DNA of 64,000 bases from Tubiluchus corallicola (Eukaryota > Animalia > Priapulida): NCBI GenBank assembly GCA_030141605.1, contig JAQGDQ010000628.1:60060-124059 (forward strand), written 5' to 3'. This document shows, piece by piece, positions 1 through 14,433 of the stretch (positions are counted from its first letter, which is position 1; each line of letters begins with the position of its first letter). Under the pieces are notes generated by a model that was not told the origin of the DNA, searched no databases, and saw only the letters and a list, made by a program, of their open reading frames with translations. Position numbers and translations under genes: made by a program.

Positions 1-89
1 TGCCTGTAAACGGCGGGTCTTCTTGGTTGACCACGCAAACACGATCTAGTGGAATTGTGACTTTGTCATTTGTGGCTGAGTTGTCACTG
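1..89 (-). CDS. Coding exon 23 (repeat 6b), truncated by window edge
   Basis: SDNSATNDKVTIPLDRVCVVNQEDPPFTG; tandem TAGCAG acceptor (exon start 89 or 86). Confidence 0.78.
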
Positions 90-3000
90 CTATATGGCAA
101 AAATGCAAGAAACGAAATGAAAAGAACAAGAAAAAAGAAATTCAGTACAGTTGTTATACGTCAAAGCAGTTGCAACAGATCAGTGTGAATCATAATGCTT
201 TGATATCATTTATTTATTTATTTTGTGCAAAAACTTCAGTTCCTTTTTAAACAAAAAACTAAATATGAGATTAAATAAGATAGGACAAAACACATTATTA
301 TAAACTAGCAGAGATTACTACAAACTTGTACATAATTTAAAATACATTAGTTTTACAAATGGAAGTTCTTAAAAAGTGTAGTTTTTAAAAATTCTAAATT
401 GTTATACATTTAAGCTATGAAAAATTGTTTGAGCTGCTACAGACAGTTTTAGACACAACTTATTACTTGGAAGGTTAAAGGCTTTGCAATGAAAATTCTG
501 TGAAAGTTTTGCAAATTTTTTGAATACTCTTGTTAATTACTCCAATGAAAAAATCTCAATAACAAAATTTAGAAAATTCCATTTCAGAAAAAAGTATAGG
601 TTTGCACTAATATATTGCACATTTAGACCGCTAATAGCAGTTTTATTCGGGATGTAAAAACTAGCCAAATATTCATCGGCGTGAAAGAGTTAAGACAGCC
701 CTGCAATAGAAATCTTGATGGACTGTTATAATGCGAAACTACATCTTGCATTTCAGAAGTGTAAAATATTTGGCTAAAGTTTACAATTCCCCACACACAA
801 GAAATTATTTTGTGAAGCAGATTAGGCTTTGGACTATAGTTAGAGTTAGGACTTTAGAGTTAGGGTTGGAATTAAGGTTAGGACTTGGGGTTTTGGTGAG
901 AGTTAGGGTTAGGGTTATGGATTAGGGATATGGTTGGGGTATGGAAATTCTCTGGGGAATTGTGAACTCCTTCAAATAATTTGGCAAGATACGTCTGTTC
1001 ACTAAAAACTGAGACAGTTGAAATATTCGTACTCACTTTGGTTCGTAGACAGCATGATTCACAATTCTTGCTGAATGTGTACATGGAAGAATTCTCTGAT
1101 CAATGTAGGTTATTTCAACTGAACAGAAGTATATCTCACCACCAGGTAGACCGGTAGTCAACTCATACGTCACATCGCTAGGTGGGGTGTCCAACGCAAA
1201 TTCCGTTCTAAACTCAATCGAAGCTCGACCTCCTCTTTCTATTGTATTCCCTCCAACTGGTGTCAATTTCGTTGTAACAGGAAGTGTAGAAGAGCCCTGA
1301 ACATATGGACAAGGCGTCACTGATGTATAAAAACTCCTAATTCTGTGCTTTTGTTACAATGTGACATGTTCATATAATTCATGAGGCAAAGTATTATAAT
1401 CATTAAATAATAATCTGTGGCACTCAGGGTAGCACACAACACAAACAAGACTGTAGCACTCAGGGTAACACAAACAAGGCTATGGTGCTCAGGGTAACAC
1501 ACAACATAAACAAGGCTGTGGGCTCTGTGGCACTCAGGGTAGCACACAACACAAACAAGGCTGTGGTACTCGAGGTTAACACACTACCCAAACAAGGCTG
1601 TGGTACTCATGGTAACTCACTATCCAAACAAGGCTGTAAAACTCGAGGTTAACACACTACCCAAACAAGGCTGTGGTACTCAGGGTTAACACACTACCAA
1701 AACAAGCCTGAGGTACTCAGGGTAACACACTACCCAAACAAGCCTGAGGTACTCAGGTTAACACACTACCCAAACAAGCCTGTGGCACCCAGGTAAGGGC
1801 TGCTGTAGAAGTGTACAAGTATGTCTATATAAACAAAATTCAAATAATTAATTTAATAGTGATATAGTTTAGTGATAGACAGTGACCTGTTCACGTTCCT
1901 CTCGAACTGGGTGAGGCTGTAGCCTTCACGAAGCAACTTTCTAGTACAGAATTCCACAGATAAGAAATCCGAGAGAAAAATGCAGTTATAAGTGTGAAAA
2001 TTTGCACATATAGATGCTAAAACAGTAAAAAGTTAATTATTACTAGCAATTTGAATAAAAACAAATTACTCACAAATGTTGGAGTTACTCCTAGCCCAAG
2101 ACTAGTGAATTCGTAATCCCAAAGTGTTATCTCTGCCGCTGAATTATCCTCTGTTCTAATCTTCACGCCGAGCGTTTCAGTCGTATCAACTGCTGTGTCT
2201 AACACCTGAGCTAGCACGCGGAATCTACACATGTTTGCCGTTACATCATCACTGTCACTGTGAGACGAAATTTCTGATGCTTCATCATCTTCACCTGTAA
2301 GTTGATGAGAAATCATTAATCTCAGTGGTGAAGCTGCAAACGGGCTGACTAGACTATTGCCTTACATGCATAATTTTGATGGGGGCGTAATTTTAGGGGT
2401 TCAGTGTTAAAAAATTATTAATTTTCCTCCTCGAAAAATGCATGTCCTTGTTGCAATCATTATTCATCTAAAGCGCTTATTTCGTAACACACAACAAGCG
2501 GTTACGTTGTCAGCTTGTATATGAGCACTGTATGACGAACAAGTACGATAAGCCCTTTCACAGTTTCGTTGTGCGCACGGGCAGTTGCTGCAGGTCAAAA
2601 GTTAAGTGCACCACAGCAACCAGTGTCTTAACTACAACCGTCACGTGTCGTGTGTGTAACGCAAAGTCGTCTGCCACAGCAGTTCAGTCACTTCAGTTGT
2701 GCATAGAGTGATTTGCTAGCAGGATCTTGCTTGGAAACAAGAAAAAGTGAACTAGGTAAGGTTAAAGCTAGCTGTTAAAACTGTTACTATTACAACAGTA
2801 TGGGCTGCGAGGCCGGTCAAGTGTACACAAATGTGTTGTCTGGTACACTGAGCCATTCACCTTTTCACGATCATCATCAATCGCTGGAACTGTGAAAAAG
2901 CGCATTAGTGCTAATTGAGTGCCACAATCAATTGTGTACTGGGGCTTCATATACAAATAACCATCAATCCGTATTGAAATACTTTCAATGACGCCCCAGG

Positions 3001-6000
3001 AGCGCATCTATTTTGTGTTTTAGTTCACACTGTCAGTAAATGAGTAGTGTTATATTTGTTCTGCAGTTACTGTAATCAATACGTGAGTAGTATGCATGCT
3101 TGTACTCCAGTTCCTAATGTCACTAGTTACCTGTGTTAAGTACCCAATCAACTTTCCATGTTCCTTTCGTTGTGTGAACGTATTCCTCGTCATAAATTGC
3201 CTCTAAAGCAACTAAACCTGATGTATGTAGCCGGTTCATGCAGTAAAAGTTTGTACCACACTCCAACAACCTATAATTTACAATGTTACAGGGTTATTGT
3301 TTTTCCTGGACAATCTTGTATGTTTCAATTTTCTATTTTTTTCTGCTCGTTAGAACTGCTTGAAAATGTCTGCTCGTTGGGAAAGATTTGGCGGTCGGGA
3401 CCAAGTTTTTCCCTACGTTAAGAGGCAAAGCTATCTCTTAAAACCCCCACTTACATATGTTATATTTGTGATTCCTTATTATTTTAAACACAAAGTGGGT
3501 TTCATTCATTTAATAAGAAACAGGTCTAATCTATTATGTCTCGCGGCCATGAACCGAACAACATATAACCATCCGCACTACTGTTGTATTCATACGCAGT
3601 CTTATTAATACATGACATCTCCTTCCTTTTTAGACAGAAACCTAAATTTCTAATGAAAAGTCTGTTATCTAGAACTAACACAATTTTGGCGATATCTTAC
3701 CAATACAATATTATACGTAGAGTAAGCTAACAAATAAGTGAACATCACACTCGAAACTAATTACTTGATATGTCTAAATTTAAATCCCGTAAGCTGTTAA
3801 TGTAAATTGTAATTGAACAAAATACACATTGTAAACTACTTTAATTAGGTACATAATCGTTAAACTTTATGGGTCTCTTTTTAATCCTCTGTGATCTTCT
3901 GATGGAAATTTCAGAACTTTCATTCTCAGCTTCCATATCAGTATTAATAGATATGTCAGGAGGAGTCGTGGAAGTCTGATCTGTCGGAGATGACTGTGTA
4001 CTTGTCTCATCTCTCCTACTCCTGAATATTTTTACATGGCTCATATTTCGCGAGTACTGAACTCCAGTGGAAGGTTCCACTACAACACTGTTTTCTGTCT
4101 TGTCAATAACCGTATGTGGTTCTGGATTGAATGGTGTCGAAAATTTGTTTGTCTGATCATGTTTCATCAAGACTTTATTACCTGGTTCCACCGAGGAATA
4201 TTCAGCATTGCAACATAGTTTAACATTTTCTTTTCTTTCCCTGATTTACGTTGTGCGTATGTGACGTCATGTAATGGTGCATTCGGTGCAGTATTGTGGA
4301 AGATTTAAAATGAAAACAAACAAAAATTCTTTTCAATGCGAGTACTACATATGCATAAAATGCTATAAAGTAATATGATTTTTAACGCGATTTTTCTGAA
4401 AACTACTTTACCTACGGTACCTTTTCTTGTCCTTTAACTCAATATGTACTAACTGTAGTTAAAGGGAAGTTAGTTTTTCCGCACGTATAGGAACCAGTCA
4501 TGTAATAAAGACACTAAGTGTGTCGGGAATAAAGAATCCCATGATGATATATTGAATTGTTAAATTCGTGACATTGACTAACATTACTGTAGCAGACTTA
4601 GCTTTCTTTTTGTTAATCTTACTTATCGTGCAACGAGGCGCCATCTGTGACGTGAATGTAAAGCTTTTGGGTTTGGCCAGCTTTTCTGTTTGTTACCTGC
4701 TAGTCACCTGTCTGTTATTACACACCTGTGCTCTGAACAGTCAGGTTAATGGGAGCTGTTGGACATTTATGTTATGTTGGACGTACTGATTATGTTAATA
4801 AAGTATTCAGTGGTATTAACCTCTGTTTACAGTGTTTTCTGTGACTACAATTACTTTGTTTTATTTACATGTCATGTTGTGAAATTATTATGTTGTCATG
4901 TTATGTCGTTATTATTTGAAGTGATAATGTAAATCATGTTTAACTCACTTGTTTATTGCTTTCATTTACAAATATATACAGGTGTCAAGGCAATGGACAT
5001 CAAACACTAATAATACTTTTCAAGAACAAACGTGAGATAAAACATTCTGTTTGATACATCGACTCTCCCACCTTTTCTGAGCTAAACACGAAATAAGCGA
5101 CATCTAGGAGCCAAAATAAATTCCTCGTTCTCGACCAGATGCCAGATTTTATTCTTGTTCTCGGCACATCTATTGTTACTGATAAGTGGTACTGTTTGCT
5201 TATTTGTACAACTTTTGCTTTGCAGAAACGCCATGGACTTCACAAGCATTTCTTTTGCTTTGCAGAAACGCCATGGACTTCACAAGCATTTCTTTTGCTT
5301 TGCAGAAACGCCATGGACTTCACAAGCATTTCTTTTGCTTTGCAGAAACGCCATGGACTTCACAAGCATTTCTTTTGCTTTGCAGAAACGCCATGGACTT
5401 CACAAGCATTTCTTTTGCTTTGCAGAAACGCCATGGACTTCACAAGCATTTCTTTTGCTTTGCAGAAACGCCATGGACTTCACAAGCATTTCTTTTGCTT
5501 TGCAGAAACGCCATGGACTTCACAAGCATTTCTTTTGCTTTGCAGAAACGCCATGGACTTCACAAGCATTTCTTTTGCTTTGCAGAAACGCCATGGACTT
5601 CACAAGCATTTCTTTTGCTTTGCAGAAGCGCCATGGACTTCACAAGCATTTCTTTTGCTTTGCAGAAACGCCATGGACTTCACAAGCATTTCTTTTGCTT
5701 TGCAGAAGCGCCATGGACTTCACAAGCATTTCTTTTGCTTTGCAGAAACGCCATGGACTTCACAAGCATTTCTTTTGCTCTGCTCAAAGTTAATCTTATA
5801 AGAAGAGAAGTTGAAGTTGCTAATGGTACGAATGTAGATTTTAATGGCGCATTTGAAGATCCACATCAGAATGTAAGTCTTGATGTCGCGAACATTGTTT
5901 TAAGTAAAAATGTCGTGTGCCACTCTAAACTGATGCCAGATTCTTGTTCTCGACATGAAAATTAGAACGCGAAAATAAAACCAACTGACTTGTACTCAGT

Positions 6001-9000
6001 TAACAAACTTCAATTTTCAATTCAATTCAATTCAACTTTATTTTCTCAATAGCAGTTAAGATTCGACATAATCATTTTTACATCTCATTGCAACTGAGAA
6101 GGAGCAGCGAAAGACCTATTGGTCACTTCAATCAGATGCCCCTTATTAAAGATACAAGTTTACCTACAGGCGCATGACATTTTTAGATGTTTGTATACAA
6201 AAAAGCATTATAGTATTAAATATAGAATTGATATTAAATTATGTACTAAGCAGCAGAAATAGTATTGTGTATTTTTAATCTATTCAAATTTTGAAATGGT
6301 GGAGAAATAGTCAGCGAGAACTTCTTGAGAATTGAATACGAAGTTACATTTTGAATAATAATATTAATCACTATATGCATAAAGCAGTGGTCAGACCTGC
6401 CCTAATCTATGGGCTGGAAGCAGCACCTCTAAAGAAGACCGAAGAAAAGAAAATGGATGTGGCGGAAATGAGGATGTTGAGATGGATGGTGGGAGTAACA
6501 AGAAGGGATAAAATTAGGAATAGTAATATCAGAGGAACAGTGAAAGTAGTGGAAGCCTCGAAAAAGATACAAGAGGCAAGATTGCGATGGTATGGGCACC
6601 TGAAAAGAAGAGTCGGTGAAGATCAAGTGGGAAGGGAGGTCATGGAAATGGAAGTGCTGGGAAATAGAAGAAGAGGACGACCCAAGCTGAGATGGTTTGA
6701 ATGTATAAACGGAGACCTTAGAGAGAAAAACATAAATGAAGAGATGGTCAACAACAGGAATGCATGGAGAAGACTTATTCACAACGGCGACCCCGCATAG
6801 GAAAAAGCTGGGAAGAAGAAGAAGACTACGTATTTTCCCGTGTATAAGAGACCCTTTTTTGCTCAGAATTTTCACTTTAAAAATAGGGGGTCTCTTATAC
6901 ATGGGAGTAAGTCTTTTCAATAAGATGCATAAATTGTGACACTAATGATTTTAAAGAAATAAGTGCTCTACAACTGTTTTGCGTGTCGCGTTCGACTATG
7001 AAGCGGTTGTAAGCAATACAAGCATCGTGACACAGGCATTATCTCCTCGTTTTCTCTTTTCCTGTTACAGGTTTGCAGGTACGCACTTTAATATATACCA
7101 GTACTCTTTTTCTACAACACATTAACTGGTTTTATTTTGTTTTCAGTACCGCACTGAGTTGAAAAAAGTTGTACTCTACCCTCTAAAAATGTCCGTCTGA
7201 AAAAACTTTTTTCCAGAATTTTTGCCTAAAAATTGAAGGGGTCTCTTATACACAAGGGTCTCTTATACACGGGAAAATACGGTATATGCATAAAGTTATG
7301 GTAAAAAAGAAGTAGTAATGTCAAGATGCAATAAAAAAAATCAATAAACATATCTCTTGTGAAATGAAAGCAAAAACCAAACAAAATTCTTCAAGACAAA
7401 CAAAAATTATCAAACAATAAAAGGATTATATCAAGCAAAAAGCAACTCAAAATCAATATAATTGAATTACCTTATATCAGCAATATTGAGATTAGCAGAA
7501 GGTGTGGCTTCAATCTCCAATGGAGCATGGACTTTTGGCAGCATCTCTATGACAGCGTCCACATAAACCACGTGTCCAACAACTGCCGCTGTCTCTTTTG
7601 GGTAGGGCTTCACTGTAGCTTTTTCAGTATCTAGAAGCTAAATTAAACAAAATGAGTTTTGTTTGTAATTTAACATCAGGATGAATTTAGATAATTCAAT
7701 GTTTGTTCTCATGTAGATTAATAACAAACAAACAAACAAACAACAGCAAATTATTGGAATGCTCTCTGACTGGCCAATAACACAGTAGTAATTCAAAGAC
7801 AAAACACATAAAAACCACAAAACACATAAAAACCACGAAACACATAAAAACCACGAAACACATTCTTAATGCACAAAAAACCCTCAACTTAAATATAGCT
7901 TAAAAAAGCGTCTTGAAATTTTATCCCTCTTACATACTGTCTTTTTGCATGCAGGGCTTGCGTTGGCAGTAACACTGTAAAAACTTGTAAATTCAAATTT
8001 CTGCGATGATCTTTACACGCAGCCATTTTGATGAAAAGTCATTTGAAACAAGTTTAGATAACATTATGTAAAGTTTGCAAAAAATAATCAGAGCATTCGT
8101 AGCGCACACGGCACTAACCAAGTAAAATTTTAAATTACTGTATCTTGTCAATAAGATTAAAAATACGTTTTTAGGTTAGTGAGTGGTGCCTCCTGGAGAG
8201 TGAGACAGTGGCATTTTACCAATTGGTGAAATCATTTTAAATAATTAATAATTTTCTTTTCTTTTACCGAAGTCTTTCAAGCAGATAAGCGAAATGCTAA
8301 GTAATATCATTTTGCACGGAAAGTTTTTTGGGACATAATTTAACATTTCCTTTTCTTCCCCTGATTTATATTGTGCGTATGTGACGTCATGTAATGGCGC
8401 ATTCGGTACAGTATTGCGGAAGATTTAAAATGAAAACAAACAAAAATTCTTTTCAATGCGACTACGACATACGCATAAAACGCTATAAAGTAATATAATT
8501 TTTAAGGCAATTTTTCTGAAACTAACTTCAGTTAGCCCTTTTTTGTCTTTAAATGAATTAATTGACTTTAAATAAATTGAGATTATATATGTCTCGATTA
8601 TTGTTTACTTGCAGGAACAAGATTATTGTCAAAGCAACATAAAATAGCGTTCTTACTGTAATTATTATTTTATACACAAAACATAAAGTGTACAATCAAA
8701 CCAACCACAATATAGCAGTGCTTGCTCTTACCACAGTAGGTTTAGTGTCAGTTGGAGGAATCGTAACACCTCCTATCCACAAAGTGGAGGAACCATATTC
8801 CATGCCACCTCCAAATACATAATCTCCCCCAAGGTCAACAACCATCTGCTCTGTATTCGTGTAAAGCACCTGGAAAATGGTATATCAAGCCACGTTACTA
8901 GGAATCATCATAATCATTCCATCATCGTAATTATCACTTTACAAAATTACCCTGACGAATTTTGATCAAATATCCATTGGAAAATTTAGATGAAAACAAG

Positions 9001-12000
9001 AAATAAAAAGAATATTTAAATAAAATTTTTCCACAACCTCAAAACCACCTAACAAAATCATTACAGTTTATAATAATAAGCATTTTCACAGCTCCAGCGA
9101 CTGGTGATGATCGTGGAAAGGTCAAAGGTTAAGTGTGTCAGACAACGCATTTGTGTACACTTGACAATGCCTCGCAGTCCATGCTGTTGTATCAGTGACA
9201 GTTTCGACTGCTATCTAGAATTTTACCTAGTTCACTTTTTCTAGGTCCCAGGCAAGTTCATGCTAGTCAATCACTCTACGCATAGACTAATGCATAATTA
9301 AGCAAAGTCCGCGTAAAAGAACTGAAGTCACTGAACTGCTCTGGCAGACGGCTTTGTTTTACTCACTCATTCATCACGCACTTTGTTCTCTGCATGCAGT
9401 GCATTTATTATAACTTCTAATTACAGTGCAAAATATTTTTTCAAGATGCGTAGTCTTTTATAAATCCCTAGAATATTTGACCTTAAAAGTCAATTATCAT
9501 GCAGGCAATCTTAATAAACCCGTTCACACCACATGTGTGCTTGCAAGCCAAAACCGTCCATAATTTGCATAGTTAAAATTACATTATGGTGCTTCAAAAT
9601 GGTCAAATGTCATTTTTTTTTGTTTTTCTAGAAACAAATGCCAAACGTATTGGACTTTTATATTCCAGCATTGTCATCAAGAAAATGTTTGAAAAGTACT
9701 AAAAATCTAATTTTTATAATCCCGTATACGCTTTTCTGGCTAGAAACTAGTACTGTAATTGGAAAAAACTTGTATTTTCGAAATCTGATAGTAGCTCGTG
9801 TAAGCAGTGATTTTGCTTCCGGTTTTTTCTGTTGTCAACTCTGCTCTTCGTCGGGAAGAGCCATCTACTGGATTTAAACGTAACATCAATGTTTTCTTGC
9901 AAAATCCGTAGCAACCAACATTTGTGCGGTTGCTAATTGTTTCGTAGAAACGCGATAAAAAAACAATGGCTAACTTTATCAGCGATTTTTTCAAGATTGT
10001 TTTAAATGCGTAGCAATGAAATACATGCGTAGCAATGAAATACAGCAATGACTTTGGTATTAAAATGATCCTCATGAAATGTAAATTCAGGTGTGTGAAT
10101 AACTAGGAAAGCTAATTAAAATTGTCGACTTATGGACGAGTTTGCTATGCAAGCACACAAATCATATATACATAAAAAGGAAACATTTCGAAATCGTTCC
10201 TACGAATTGCAAATGCAAATAGTTTGTAATTGACATGGATTACTTTATAACTAGCGAAGAAGTCGCCAATTAATTCTGGAAGTCACCAGGAAACTTTAAC
10301 TGATTACAGTACACTAACTGTCCTATTGTTATTATTTTCATTTCCTATAACTGCCGCTAGGGCTGACAAGTATTCTCCATTTTTATGACAGAATGCTTAC
10401 CCTGCCAGCATATCTGATGTGAACTTCGTTGATATCAGTTGGCTCAGTTTCATCATTCGCATCACCAGTATTACAAATAACTCCCATGTTTGTCACCACA
10501 ACTCTGTCAACTATATTTGCATCTGCCATCCTTAGAACAAAATTTAAGCAAAATTATTTGAAAAGGGTTGTGGTTCAACTGCAGCTTTTGGCAAAATATA
10601 GCATGAAGGCAATTATTCTTATTCTATTGTTCCTATTTAACATTGAGTCAAAAAAACCTTTTTTCTTGCAAGAAATTTACAATTCTACACATATTGTAAA
10701 TACCCTGACCGTAACACTAGCCCTAGTCCTAACCCTAATCTAACGCTACCTATCTCTAACACTAGCCCTAGCCCTAACCCTAATCTAACCCTACCTAACC
10801 GTAACACTAGCCCTAGCCCTAACTCTAATCTAACGCTACCTATCTCTAACACTAGCCCTAGCCCTAACCCTAACCTAACGCTACCTATCTCTAACACTAG
10901 CCCCAGCCCTAACCCTAATCTAACGCTACCTATCTCTAACACTAGCCCTAGCCCTAACCCTAACCTAACGCTACCTATCTCTAACACTAGCCCTAGCCCT
11001 AACCCTAATCTAACGCTACCTATCTCTAACACTAGCCCTAGCCCTAACCCTAACCTAACGCTACCTATCTCTAACACTAGCCCCAGCCCTAACCCTAATC
11101 TAACGCTACCTATCTCTAACACTAGCCCTAGCCCTAACCCTAACCTAAGCTACCTATCTCTAACCCTAGCCCTAGCCCTAACCCTAATCTAACGCTACCT
11201 ATCTCTAACACTAGCCCTAGCCCTAACCCTAACCTAACGCTACCTATCTCTAACACTAGCCCTAGCCCTAACCCTAATCTAACCCTACCTATCTCTAACA
11301 CTAGCCCTAGCCCTAACCCTAACCTAACGCTACCTATCTCTAACACTAGCCCTAGCCCTAACCCTAATCTAACCCTACCTATCTCTAACACTAGCCCTAG
11401 CCCTAACCCTAATCTAACGCTACCTATCTCTAACACTAGCCCTAGTCCTAACCCTAATCTAACGCTACCTATCTCTAACACTAGCCCTAGCCCTAACTCT
11501 AATCTAACCCTGCCTAACCTAATCCTAGCCCTAGCCCTAACCCTAATCTAACCTACCTATCTCTAACCCTAGCCCTAGCCCTAACTCTAATCTAACCCTA
11601 CCTATCTGTAACACTAGCCCTAGCCCTAACCCTAACCTAACGCAACCTATCTCTAACACTAGCCTCAGCCCTAACCCTAATCTAACGCTACCTATCTCTA
11701 ACACTAGCCTCAGCCCTAACCCCAATCTAATGCTACCTATCTCTAACACTAGCCCCAGCCCTAACCCTAATCTAACCCTACCTATCTCTAACACTAGCCT
11801 CAGCCCTAACCCTAATCTAATGCTACCTATCTCTAACACTAGCCCCAGCCCTAACCCTAACCTAACGCTACCTATCTCTAACACTAGCCTCAGCCCTAAC
11901 CCTAATCTAACCCTACCTATCTCTAACACTAGCCCTAGCCCTAACCCTAATCTAACGCTACCTATCTCTAACACTAGCCCCAGCCCTAACCCTAACCTAA

Positions 12001-14398
12001 CGCTACCTATCTCTAACACTAGCCCTAGCCCTAACCCTAACCTAATGCTACCTATCTCTAACACTAGCCCTAGCCCTAACCCTAACCTAATGCTACCTAT
12101 CTCTAACACTAGCCCTAGCCCTAACCCTAACCCAACGCTACCTATCTCTAACACTAGCCCTAGCCCTAACCCTAACCTAATGCTACCTATCTCTAACACT
12201 AGCCCTAGCCCTAACCCTAACCCAACGCTACCTATCTTTAACACTAGCCCTAACCCTAATCTAACCTTACCTATCTCTAACACTAGCCCCAGCCCTAACC
12301 CTAATCTAACGCTACGTATCTCTAACACTAGCCCCAGCCCTAACTCCAACCCTAATCCTAACCCTAATCGTAATCTGGCGCACGAACTAATTTCTTGTGC
12401 ATTGGGAATTGTAAACTTTTGCCTTTTCTTGAATCAATTCCCGATTCAAAACTTGATAATTAATCACTTTGCACCAGGGATAAAGGGAACAGCCACGTGG
12501 TCACATTGTGTGCTTATGAACCGAAATTACACAATGCTAAGGTTGGTCAATGAACTGATGAATTGATGAACTGACGAACCACCGATCACATTTTTATTCA
12601 GGCAGTCTTATTCACTATACAAACTCGACTATTTCCCCCTTGAGAGAGAATGTAGACAGCCCATTGGGGGTAATATGTCTTTCCTCGTCTTAGAATTTAG
12701 CCTAGACATGCTGATCTCTTGTGCTCTAGAGTGATTCTAAGTGGCTTCGATGTTAATTAAGATTGCTAATAACCAGAAATATTTGGGTTACATCTTGACC
12801 AACACGTTACAAGATGATATTGACATTAAACATCATCGTAGTTAGTTATGTGCAATAGCCAATTTTATTATCAGAAGGTTCAAAAACAATTGTGCAAATG
12901 TTAAGAGAAGACTTTTTGTAGTATTTTGTACACAGTTGTATTGTAATAGTCCCAGGTTTGATCATGATAAAGGAGATATCAAAAGAATGCATGTTACCTA
13001 TAATAATACTATTAGAGGGCCCTTTAATCATTCTAGTCATCGTAATACAAGCCAAATGCAGGCCTATGTTAACTACAATGTATCAAGTTTTTCATTCACA
13101 CGCAAGAAAGCTGTTTTTGAGTCAGAATATCTTGTTATTAATATCTTGTTGTACAATACTGATACAATCTTCAGATCAAAGTTTTTTAAACCCTGGCAAG
13201 GAATTTTATTTACCCATTCTAACTAACCCTTCTTTGTATATAGGCTTACTATGTGTGGAAGTTGGAATATACATAGGTGCTGCCATCTATGGGCTACTCC
13301 TGTTACATTCTACCAGCTGACTTACCCCCAGTATAAATGTATGGTCCAGTGAATGCATATTCACTGGTTCTCTCCCTATTTTAAAGTAATGGTTGTTGTG
13401 AAGCCTGTGCAACTCTGCATAGGTCACCTATATCTATATATACTGACTGGTTTTGCTTTCTAGTCACTCTCACTCTCAGTGTTCAGTGCAGGACGCTCTC
13501 ACTCTCAGTGTTCAGTGCCGCAGTCATGCTACTCATGCATCTGTAGTTTTAATAAACACTTTTCTGTTGCGTGCAGTGCAAATATGTATTATAGATTATG
13601 TATATTATTCATATGTATTATTCAAACATGACTTTCACACTACGTTTCTGATTCTTGTTCATACTTCTGTGCCTAAACTCAATCATAACAAAGTGAGTGA
13701 TCAACAACTTCAAACCTGACTTTCACACTATGTTTCTGATTCCTGTTAATACTTCTGTGCCTAAACTCAATCATAACAAAGTGAGTGATCATCAACTTCA
13801 AACCTGACTTTCACACTATGTTTCTGATTCTTGTTCATACTTCTGTGCCTAAACTCAATCATAACAAAGTGAGTGATCAACAACTTCAAACCTGACTTTC
13901 ACACTATGTTTCTGTAAACTAACTCTGTGTGTTTTACTTGTGCCTTATTTTATTCTTGTTTCATGGACTGCAGATGTGAGAAATAAAACGAATAATAAAG
14001 ATAATTTTACCGACTGTCGTGACTGGTGCCTATGATACCTCCCAAGTTCCGAGCTTGCAAGCATGGCAAATTCCTCCCAACAGACATGACACGTGCTTCA
14101 CACATTTCAAACAACGCATGTTCATTGTCCGAATCCAAAGGTGAGAAGATTTCTATTGATGTCGGGCCCATGGTGGCACCTGTTTAATGAATAACCTTTT
14201 TTAATCTTTCTTAGTAAAACCAGTTACTATGAAACTATGAAATTATGAGATTTATTTTACATAACAAAATGTATTAACAGACATAGCCATAGACATCTTT
14301 ATTGGTCATGTATATATTTATATGACCAATAAAGATGTCTATGGCTATGTCTGTTAATATATTTTCTTATGTGAAAGAAATCTCATAATTCCATAGTT

Positions 14399-14433
<35 letters not shown>

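Noticed and set aside
1297-1320. Longer version of exon 22 starting at 1319
   Set aside because: That acceptor gives phase 1, incompatible with the phase-0 end of exon 21.
4623-4686. Candidate extra minus-strand exon (KAGQTQKLYIHVTDGASLHD)
   Set aside because: Not needed: exons 7471-7637 and 3131-3270 join in phase and complete the repeat motif; the context looks repeat-derived.
5139-5965. Three overlapping 212-259 aa ORFs and a CRISPR-like periodic look
   Set aside because: A head-to-tail 40-bp repeat with no spacers and no stop codons on the + strand; intronic, eukaryotic context and no cas genes.
10685-12566. LGLGLG / PNPNL ORFs; a true telomere or chromosome fusion site
   Set aside because: Translations of a 45-bp satellite inside a MITE; no pure (TTAGGG)n tract or head-to-head junction.
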